From NCBI GenBank assembly GCA_963814955.1, contig CAWFEX010000008.1, positions 755,992-819,991 on the forward strand: a DNA stretch of 64,000 nt. The letters run 5' to 3'. The position numbers were made by a program, and so were the translations under genes. Source of the DNA: an uncultured Acidobacteriota bacterium. GTDB lineage: Bacteria > Acidobacteriota > Vicinamibacteria > Vicinamibacterales > UBA2999. How positions within the stretch are numbered: position 1 is the stretch's first letter; each line of letters begins with the position of its first letter. The notes beneath the pieces were generated by a model, which was not told the DNA's origin, searched no databases, and saw nothing but the letters and a program-made list of their open reading frames with translations. This document shows positions 40,948-48,855 of this stretch, piece after piece.

Positions 40948-43383
40948 GACGGAACAACCGGCGAACGCACTAGAGCCAGCTCGGCACGGCCGTACCATCG
41001 TGGCCGACGGCGTAAGGCGCCCAGACGAGGGCCACCAGCAGCACCCTGATCGTGCTTTTCTTCGGCTTGCAGGCAAGCCTTGTCGAGCGGCTCGGATGCG
41101 GCATCGAACCGTGCCTCGATCGACGCGATCTCTGCGCGCAACTCTTCGTCCAGCTGCTGCAGCTGCTCTTCGACCGCCCCGACGGTCTCCTTCGCACGGC
41201 CGATGTCCTGCGTCTCCTTGAGGGTGCGACCCACGCCTCGCGCTGCGGTGGTGGCGCGCCCGAGCGTCGACGCGGTGATGGTCTTGCGGCCGAGAAACGC
41301 ACCTATCAGCGTCGTACCGAAGGAGATGGCCGTCTGCAGCGTCTGCGCCTTGGCCTGCTCCGCCTCCCGATCCACCGCCTGCTGCGTTCGCCGCAGCCGC
41401 TCCTGCGCCGCCGCGATCTTCGGCGCGTATTTCCGCCGCAGCTGTTCGACCATGGCATCGCGCGCCTCGCGCGAGGACTGCTGCAGCCGGATTCTGAAAT
41501 CACGCTCGCTCTCGCCCGGGTTCGATACCTGGCCCGACTGAGCAGCCCGCAGCAGCTCGAGCGCATGGCTGCTGTACACCCAGGCCTCGAAGTCTTTCGT
41601 CCACGCACCCACGCTCTTGGCCGTAACCGTGTTCGCCGGAAGTTCAGCGAAGCCGACGCCGGCGGCGGGCGTTTGTTCCAGATCTGACGGATCAACATCG
41701 ACGAGTGTCCCGGCGTTCCAGTCGACAGGGACAGGTCCACCAGCCAACGGCGTCATCACCGCGACGTCGAACGGCGCATCGATTTTTGCCGAGGTGTGCA
41801 CGCATTGCCCTCGTGCGGATCCATAGATCATCGGGCGGTACGTCACGTCGATGGCGCCGGCTTTCCTCGATGCAAGGAAGTACTGGGACACGCCGGCTGG
41901 GAGCATGGGCTGCTTGGCTGTCGTCACCACGGACTGACGGGCGGACGGACGCGCGGATTCAGGCGCGGCCTGCCTGCCAGCCATCAGCCGTCGAATCTCG
42001 TTGCGGCCGAGTGGACCACGCAGGTATGAAAGTGCCCATCGCGATTCGAAGATGACGGGCGCATCTTCGTGCACATTGTTCATGACGAATATCCGATTCG
42101 CCAACCCGGCGAGAGTCTGTTCCATCGCCTGCCGATCGAAGGGCTGGCCCGCTGTGGTGGCCGACCCCTCCAGCCCGTCCAGCACGCGCGCCTGGTCGCG
42201 TGCCGTCTGCAGCCGGCCGAGAAACCATGTGCCGCAGTTCGCGAGCCCCTTGTAATCGAGATCGACGGGATTCTGCGTTGAAAGCACGATGCCGGTGCCG
42301 AACGCGCGCGCCTGCTTGAGCAGCGTCAGCAGCGGCGCTTTCGACGGCGGATTCGCCACCGGCGGAAAGTAGCCGGCGATTTCGTCCATGTACACGATGG
42401 CTCTGAGACTGGTCGTACCGGACTGACTCCGCATCCATCCCACGACGTTGTTGAGAAGCAGGGAAACGAAGAACATCCGCTCGGCGTCTCCGAGATGGGC
42501 GATCGAGAAAATCGTGACGCGCGGCTTCCCGTCCGCGGTATGGAGAAACTGCCCGACATCGAGCGCGTCCCCCTGCATCCACACGTCGAACCCGGGAGCG
42601 GCGAGCAGATTGTTGAGAGACATCGCCAGCGCGAACCGATCTTTCTGGCGGAAAGAACGTGTCGACATCCATGACGCCGATGCGCTGCACGGGCGGCGTC
42701 TGAATCTGCTGGATGATGCCCGGAAGGTCGAGGTCGCGTCCCTGCGCCCAGGCGGACTGGAAGATCGTCGAGAGCAGGATGTGCTCGCGGCTCTTGATCG
42801 GGTCGGCATCCGCCCCTACCAGACCGAGCAGGCTTGTGGCCGTTGTCTGAATCCGATCGCGGAACAACTCGGCGTCGCCGGCCACGGACGCGCCTGGCGC
42901 GGCAAACGACTTGAGAATGGAGATCGGTATGCCAGCCGTAGAGCCGGGCGTGTAGATGGTGAACTCCGCCGCGTTCTTCAGGCGCGCGATGCGCGCCCCG
43001 TCCTGTCCCCAGGACGCCAGGCCGGCCTGCCACTTTGCTGCCTGATCGGCGGCAAGGTCAGCGACGCTCTTGCCCTTCCGGCGGGCCTCCTCTTCGTCCA
43101 CCCACGGTGCGAAGTCTTCCGGCGCGAGACCAGGAAACGTCAGCAGAAGATTGCCGAGGTCACCCTTGGGATCGATGATCAGTGCCGGAACGCCGTCGAT
43201 GGCCGCTTCCTCGATGAGCGCCAGGCAGAGACCCGTCTTGCCGCTGCCGGTCATGCCAACGCAGAAGGCGTGCGTCACGAGATCCTTGGAGTCATAGAGC
43301 AGCAGGTCATCGGCTGCCCGGTTGGCCGTGAGGTCGTAACGTCTGCCTAAATAGAACTGCCCGAGCTTTTCGAAATCCTGCAT
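40938..43383 (-). pseudogene. HerA/FtsK-like P-loop ATPase (DUF87-type) with a C-terminal coiled-coil region; +1 frame break near 42645-42651
   Basis: The N-terminus has Walker A in [11 protein letters not shown]...[40 protein letters not shown]. The break is at VMDVDTFFP|[15 protein letters not shown]. Downstream are Walker [12 protein letters not shown] and [34 protein letters not shown]. About 815 codons in total. Confidence 0.75.
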
Positions 43384-43441
43384 CTCCGCGATGCTATCGC
43401 GGCACGACCGGCCAATCCAATCGCAGCGAACGCGGGGGCAT

Positions 43442-43467
43442 TCCGGCTGAAGCCGGACACTACGTAC
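43442..43467. repeat. REP-like palindromic unit (right copy, inverted)
   Basis: tccggctgaagccggacactacgtac, 59 nt upstream of the ATPase start codon. Confidence 0.75.
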
Positions 43468-43482
43468 TACAGAAACACTTCG

Positions 43483-44205
43483 CTAATCGATAGCGAAGCA
43501 GTAGAACAACCCGACACCGCCCCAACTGACCAGATCCCGCTGACTGCAGCCGGTTGTGGCGTGCGAGGAGTTCCACGACTGGTTCCCGTTGCCCACGCGA
43601 TCGGAATGACCGACTTGCGCGGAACCTGCGCCGTTGCTCGTCCAGTTGTTGCACGTGTGATCCGCCGCCTCGGTGAACGCGCGTCCATCGGGTTGTGAGC
43701 CAGTCAGAATGTCATGGCGGGTCGGCATCGGGTCGCCGATGCCATTCACGAGCTCCCCTTTTTCGGTGAGCGCGAATTCCTTCGTCAGGTTGCTGCCGCG
43801 GCGCGCTTCATCCAGCGTGTCGCCGTGTATCTCGGACTGAATGATCGGGCGGCTGAGCCGGCGCTTGAGATAATCCGGAACTCTCTCCTTCGCGCTGAAC
43901 CACGGGCCTTTGCCAATACGATCTCGAGCGTTCACGGCCGGCTGGCCGGGCCGGGCCTGCGTGCTGAGATACGCGCGCCACGTCTTGCTCCCTGCGCCAA
44001 CGGCGCTGGCAAGTTTCTGACAGTGCGCGTCGGCACCCGCCAGACCACCAAGGTTGGCTCCGTCTCCGATCGGCTCGCTGGTCACGAAGAACGTCATGAG
44101 GCTCGAGGGAATGCGATCCGGGAGCGGAGCTTTCGCTTGCTCTTGCGCGAACGCGGTGCCGGACACCACACAACCGACGAATGCTGACAGCAATAAGCTC
44201 TTCAT
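43483..44205 (-). CDS. Secreted endostatin-like / DUF1554-like (C-type-lectin-fold) protein, paralog 1
   Basis: Signal peptide MKSLLLSAFVGCVVSGTAFA, then MTFFVTSEPIGDGANLGGLAGADAHCQKLASAVGAGSKTWRAYLST...HTCNNWTS...TGCSQ...GLFYCFA. There are four conserved Cys. Its start is 7 nt after the stop of the paralog upstream. Confidence 0.8.
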   Translation of the reverse strand: MKSLLLSAFVGCVVSGTAFAQEQAKAPLPDRIPSSLMTFFVTSEPIGDGANLGGLAGADAHCQKLASAVGAGSKTWRAYLSTQARPGQPAVNARDRIGKGPWFSAKERVPDYLKRRLSRPIIQSEIHGDTLDEARRGSNLTKEFALTEKGELVNGIGDPMPTRHDILTGSQPDGRAFTEAADHTCNNWTSNGAGSAQVGHSDRVGNGNQSWNSSHATTGCSQRDLVSWGGVGLFYCFAID

Positions 44206-44212
44206 GGCGGGG

Positions 44213-44989
44213 TCAATTCGTCGCGAAGCAGTAAAACATGCCGACGCCATGGGTCCGGTTCAACGCGGTCTGGCTGCAGCCGGTCGTGCCATGCGATGAA
44301 TTCCACGAGCCGTTGCCGCCGCCATTGCGATCGGGAAAACCGATTTGCGCATTCGGCCGGCCCGGGCCGGCTTCCAACGCGCCTTGCGCCTGTCCGGGAG
44401 CCGGGTCTCTGTTGCTCGTCCAGTTGTTACACGTGTAGTCGAGGTCCGGCGGATAAGCCCGGCCGTCGAGCTGTGACCCCGTCAGCATCTCGTGCCGGTT
44501 GGTATACGGCGTTGTCTTCGTGTATTCCCAATCGCTGTCCCGCGGTACCTGATAGTCGTTGAGCCCCGGCACGATCTGGCCCTTTTCGGTCAGTCCCGTT
44601 CGTTTGGTGAGGTTGTTGCCCATTCGCGCCAGCTCGATGGTGTCTCCATGCAGGTGGGCGAGGTCGCGGGCGATCATCACGCCCTCGAAGTTGTACCAAG
44701 GCCCCGTTCCGATTCGATCGCGCGCATTCACGGCAGGCTGACCCGGGCGGGCTTGCGTGCTGACGTAGGCGCGCCACGTCCGATTGCCCACACCGACCGC
44801 GGTGGCGAGTTTCTGACAGTGCGCATCCGCGCCGGCCAGGCCACCGAGATTCCCACCATCGCCGATTGGCTCGCTGGTCACGAAGAAGGTCATCGGCGTG
44901 CCGCCCGGCATACCGTGTTGCGCGACCGTGATCGACGGCGCAGCCGCCGAAAGCATCAGAATTGCCGTCAAAAGCAGGACTGATTTCAT
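44213..44989 (-). CDS. Secreted endostatin-like / DUF1554-like protein, paralog 2
   Basis: MKSVLLLTAILMLSAAAPSITVA, then MTFFVTSEPIGDGGNLGGLAGADAHCQKLATAVGVGNRTWRAYVST...YTCNNWTS...TGCSQ...GMFYCFA. Clearly paralogous to 43483..44205. Confidence 0.8.
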   Translation of the reverse strand: MKSVLLLTAILMLSAAAPSITVAQHGMPGGTPMTFFVTSEPIGDGGNLGGLAGADAHCQKLATAVGVGNRTWRAYVSTQARPGQPAVNARDRIGTGPWYNFEGVMIARDLAHLHGDTIELARMGNNLTKRTGLTEKGQIVPGLNDYQVPRDSDWEYTKTTPYTNRHEMLTGSQLDGRAYPPDLDYTCNNWTSNRDPAPGQAQGALEAGPGRPNAQIGFPDRNGGGNGSWNSSHGTTGCSQTALNRTHGVGMFYCFATN

Positions 44990-45067
44990 GCGCGACTCCA
45001 TTGATTGTCGTGGGATCCAGACGAAGTCTAGCCCGACTTCGCTGCCGCTGCGGGTGCCCGTCGAGCG

Positions 45068-45862
45068 TTAATGAACGCTCAAGCTGATCCCACCGCCGCC
45101 GGACGCGGCGACAGGAGAGATGCCGAGCCGATGTCCGCGAAGGCTCATCGTGACCGTACGACCGGCCACGATTCCAAGCGCCGCTCCAAATGCGACATCG
45201 CTCAGGTAGTGGCGGTTCTGTTGAATACGTGATGCGCCTACGTACGTCGCGACAGCGTAAGCGGGTACGCCAGCCTTCCATCCAAAGTGGCGCTGGAGCA
45301 CTGTCGCGGCCGCGAAGCTTGATGACGTGTGTCCCGACGGGAACGAAAAGGCCGTTCCATCGGGCCTCGAACGTTGCGTCGACACCTTGATCGTGTGCGT
45401 CAGCGCTTGAACCACAAGCCCCGCGCGCACGAGGTCGGCGCCGGCCGCTGCAGTTTGGGAACTACCAGTCGCGCGACCGATCACGTACGTCGCCAACGCG
45501 CCGCCAAGCTGGAAATAAGGTCCGCCGACGTGGCGCCCCGGACCGAGTAAGTCCGCCATCTCGTCCGAACCTGACATGGCGGCAGATACCCTGCCGTCGG
45601 CGCTGTGTCCGATCAGGGCGGTCACACCTCCCAATGCGAGGATCGTGGCGGTTTCAGACGTCGGCAAGTGCCGGAAGTCGATCAGCGTTTCTTTGAACAC
45701 GCCGCTAAACGCACGTGGTCGTGGTTCTGCAGGTTGGACGACCGGGACCGTTTGTACCTGGGACGCAGCGACCGTTTGTACCTGGGACGCAGCGGGATCA
45801 GGTATCTGTGTTTGAGCAGAGACGGGTACAGCGACGGCGACAAGCGCACCCACGATCAACAC
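45068..45862 (-). CDS. PAP2-family (type 2 phosphatidic acid / undecaprenyl-PP-like) phosphatase
   Basis: Motifs KVSTQRSRP, FPSGHTSSSF and SRIQQNRHYLSDVAFG (KxxxxxxRP, PSGH, SRxxxxxHxxxD). GTG start at 45862. A longer N-terminus is possible (see findings). Confidence 0.85.
   Translation of the reverse strand: MLIVGALVAVAVPVSAQTQIPDPAASQVQTVAASQVQTVPVVQPAEPRPRAFSGVFKETLIDFRHLPTSETATILALGGVTALIGHSADGRVSAAMSGSDEMADLLGPGRHVGGPYFQLGGALATYVIGRATGSSQTAAAGADLVRAGLVVQALTHTIKVSTQRSRPDGTAFSFPSGHTSSSFAAATVLQRHFGWKAGVPAYAVATYVGASRIQQNRHYLSDVAFGAALGIVAGRTVTMSLRGHRLGISPVAASGGGGISLSVH
45746..45793. repeat. Perfect 24-bp x2 in-frame tandem duplication inside the PAP2 gene
   Basis: gaccgtttgtacctgggacgcagc occurs twice and encodes AASQVQTV twice. 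Confidence 0.85.
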
Positions 45863-45934
45863 GCTGGTCGCCGACCTCGAGGCCAGACCGATACCGATGG
45901 GATTCGTACGGATGGGCTATCATACGCCTCCTTT

Positions 45935-47152
45935 ATGCCGCGGATGAAGTACTTACACGCTTCGACACACTTTCTCGCAGCCATCGCGCTCGCCATTACG
46001 TGGTCTGCTCCCGTCGTAGCTCAGGGCCGCACGGACGAGATCGCGAAGCAGCAGGAACAGAAGGCGCAGACGACGACGCCATACAGCCCGAATCGAGTGG
46101 AAGTCTTCCTGGACCAGGTTGAACAGGGCAAATGGATTCTTGGAGTTCCGCGAGGGTGGTACTTCGCAATGGGGTCGGTCTATCCCGGTGGCGGTCTGGC
46201 AGGCGGCGCCGGATACCGCCATTACATTGGCTATGACTCGTATGTCGACTCGAGCGCCGTCCTTTCATTGAAGGGCTACAAGAGACTTCGATTGACGGGC
46301 TACACGCCCAACCACGTGAATGGCCGCGTGGATCTCGAAGGGTCGATCGTCTGGCTCGACGCGACACAAATTGCGTTCTACGGACTCGGCAACGCGTCCC
46401 AGGTGGACAACAGAACGAACTTCCGTATCAATCGGTCCTACGTAGAGGGGGCCGCAATCGTGCGCCCGGTGAAATGGCTCGGCCTGCGGCTGGATGGCGG
46501 GATAGACGACTATACGCAGAAGCGGGGCACCGGTGCGTCTCCTTCGATCGAACAGGTCTTCTCGCCCGAGACGGCGCCTCTACTGGGCGACAACCCACTG
46601 TACCTGCGCGGTGAGGCAACCGCCACGGCCTACTGGCTCCAGTCGCCGGGTTACAGCCGTAGCGGGGGCCTTTATAGCGTGGCGTACGAAGAGTTCAACC
46701 CTATCCGAGGCAGCGGCAGAACGTTCGGGTTCCTGCGGACGCAGGTCGTGCAACACGTGCCCGTACAACGCGAGACATGGGTGATCTCACTCCGTGCCGG
46801 TACTGAATCGATCGTTCGCAAATCAGACGTCGTGCCGTACTTTCTCATGCCCACGCTGGGGAGCGGCGACACGTTGCGCGGTTACGCGAACCAGCGGTTT
46901 CGCGACCGGCACAGCCTGCTGATCTCGAGCGAGCTGCGATGGTTTCCGAATCGCGTCGGGTTCGACATGGCGCTCTTCGTTGACATGGGAAAAGTTGCTC
47001 CGTTCCGGAGCGGTCTGACGCTGAACGACCTGAAGACGGACTACGGCATCGGCGTCCGGTTTCATACACCTGCTGCGACGGTGCTGCGGCTCGATCTGGC
47101 GAAGGGCGACGAAGGCATGCGTCTCGTCATTGCGGGTGGACCCGCTTTCTAG
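45935..47152 (+). CDS. Omp85/BamA-family outer-membrane beta-barrel (surface antigen D15 domain) with no recognisable POTRA domains
   Basis: Signal peptide (HFLAAIALAITWSAPVVAQG), L6-loop-like LGSGDTLRGY, and the terminal DYGIGVRFHTPAATVLRLDLAKGDEGMRLVIAGGPAF ending in Phe. Confidence 0.8.
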   Translation: MPRMKYLHASTHFLAAIALAITWSAPVVAQGRTDEIAKQQEQKAQTTTPYSPNRVEVFLDQVEQGKWILGVPRGWYFAMGSVYPGGGLAGGAGYRHYIGYDSYVDSSAVLSLKGYKRLRLTGYTPNHVNGRVDLEGSIVWLDATQIAFYGLGNASQVDNRTNFRINRSYVEGAAIVRPVKWLGLRLDGGIDDYTQKRGTGASPSIEQVFSPETAPLLGDNPLYLRGEATATAYWLQSPGYSRSGGLYSVAYEEFNPIRGSGRTFGFLRTQVVQHVPVQRETWVISLRAGTESIVRKSDVVPYFLMPTLGSGDTLRGYANQRFRDRHSLLISSELRWFPNRVGFDMALFVDMGKVAPFRSGLTLNDLKTDYGIGVRFHTPAATVLRLDLAKGDEGMRLVIAGGPAF

Positions 47153-47165
47153 GAGGGAGCGAGCT

Positions 47166-48839
47166 GTGTCCTGTGATCAGCGTGCGGCCGTGGTCGGTGT
47201 CATTGTCGCCGCGTGTGCCGCTGCCGTCGTGGCGGTCTCCGCCGGCGATCAGAAGTTCTACGACGACGATCCGATCCTGCGGGAGCCCGAGACTCAGGAC
47301 GCTTCGAAAGTACAGGCCTGGAAAAACGTTCTCAGTTACGACCTGATCCACAACCTTTTCGCCTCGCCCGCTGATAAACAACCGATTCGAGCGCAGGACA
47401 TCAACACCATCGACGAGCTGCCCGACTCGGGTTGGTTTACGAACCGGATTCTCGCGAGGGAGGTCTCGCTCGAGGAGGCCGTGCGTGGGCCCGTCACCGG
47501 GCCGGGCCCCGCGGCCGGACCCATGACGGTGACCCGTGCCAAACCCGAAGGCGTCAGTCCCGGGTTCGTGTTGCAGGACTCCGCCGGCGTGACGTGGTTT
47601 GTTCAATTCGACGCGGCGAAGTATCCGGAGGCGGCCACGGGTGCGGCGATCGTTGCCAACAGGATCTTTCACCTGCTCGGGTACTGGCAGGCGGAATATC
47701 ACCTTGCCGAGCTGCGGCCCGAAACGCTGTCAATCGGTCCGAAGGCGACCACCGAGACGCCGTCGGGCAAGATCCGGGCGCTCGATCGCGCCGACCTCGA
47801 CAAGCTGCTCGGGCGGGCTGCGCGGCAACCGGACGGCACGTATCGGATGCTGGCCAGCCGTGCGATTGCCGGCCGGGTTCTCGGTGGTTTCCGTTATCAG
47901 GGTACGCGGCCCGATGATCCGAACGACGTGATTCCTCACGAGCATCGGCGCGAGCTGCGCGCGCTGAAAGTGTTTGGCGCGTGGACCAATCTCGTGGACA
48001 TGAAAGCCGGAAACACCCTCGATACGCTCATCCAGGAAAACGGACGGGGCGTCGTTCGTCATTATCTGCAGGATGTCGGATCGACGTTTGGCACCGGAGC
48101 GTTGGCGCCGCGCGAATGGGACGAGGGATACGAATATCTGTACGAAGGCGACGCCGTCTGGAAGCGCCTCGTCACCCTCGGTCTTTACAGACGACCCTGG
48201 CAGAGCGTTCCGTACACCGAGTACCGCTCGATCGGCCGTTTCGAGGGGGATGAATTCGACCCTGTCGCATGGAAGCCTCGCGTACCGACCACGGCGTTTC
48301 TCCATGCGCGGTCGGATGACAATTTCTGGGCGGCGCGACGCGTCATGGCATTTTCGGACCAGTTGATTCGTTCCGCCGTTTCCGCCGGCCGGTTCAGCGA
48401 CGATGCCGCGGGGCGCTACCTTGCCGATGTTCTGATCAAGCGCCGCGACCGAATCGGCCGCGCCTATCTGACAGCCATCAACCCCGTTGTCGACGTGGCA
48501 TTGGACCAATCCGGCGTGCTGACGTTCAGTAACGCCGCGGTCGACGCCGAGGTGGCCGCAGCGCCGGCAGGCGGTTATCGCGCGCACTGGTATGTGTTCG
48601 AGAACGCCACCAGAGAGTCTCAGCCGCTGGGCACCCCGACGGCCGCGCCAACGGGCCGCATGAAAGCGCCCCCGGAGCTGCCCGACAAGGCGGGCGTGTT
48701 CGTACGGATCGATATCGAAGCAGTCGATCCGCCGCATCCCTCGTGGACCGTTCCGGTCCGCGCCTACTTCAGGCGTACCACCGACGCATGGAAACTCGTC
48801 GGGTTCGAACGAACACCGGAAGATTCAGACGTTCAGTAG
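47166..48839 (+). CDS. Exported or membrane-anchored conserved hypothetical protein (about 557 aa) downstream of the Omp85-like gene
   Basis: AGGAGG lies 9 nt before the GTG at 47166. N-terminal hydrophobic anchor AAVVGVIVAACAAAVVAV. Long ORF with good coding character. No family was recognised. Confidence 0.7.
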   Translation: MSCDQRAAVVGVIVAACAAAVVAVSAGDQKFYDDDPILREPETQDASKVQAWKNVLSYDLIHNLFASPADKQPIRAQDINTIDELPDSGWFTNRILAREVSLEEAVRGPVTGPGPAAGPMTVTRAKPEGVSPGFVLQDSAGVTWFVQFDAAKYPEAATGAAIVANRIFHLLGYWQAEYHLAELRPETLSIGPKATTETPSGKIRALDRADLDKLLGRAARQPDGTYRMLASRAIAGRVLGGFRYQGTRPDDPNDVIPHEHRRELRALKVFGAWTNLVDMKAGNTLDTLIQENGRGVVRHYLQDVGSTFGTGALAPREWDEGYEYLYEGDAVWKRLVTLGLYRRPWQSVPYTEYRSIGRFEGDEFDPVAWKPRVPTTAFLHARSDDNFWAARRVMAFSDQLIRSAVSAGRFSDDAAGRYLADVLIKRRDRIGRAYLTAINPVVDVALDQSGVLTFSNAAVDAEVAAAPAGGYRAHWYVFENATRESQPLGTPTAAPTGRMKAPPELPDKAGVFVRIDIEAVDPPHPSWTVPVRAYFRRTTDAWKLVGFERTPEDSDVQ

Positions 48840-48855
48840 CAGTGTAGTTTTGAGT

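Noticed and set aside
40938-43383. HerA-like ATPase as a defence system (Sir2-HerA, DUF4297-HerA or NurA-HerA type)
   Set aside because: No nuclease, Sir2 or other effector gene is adjacent. The neighbours are a glucan synthase and secreted proteins. Function is left as unknown.
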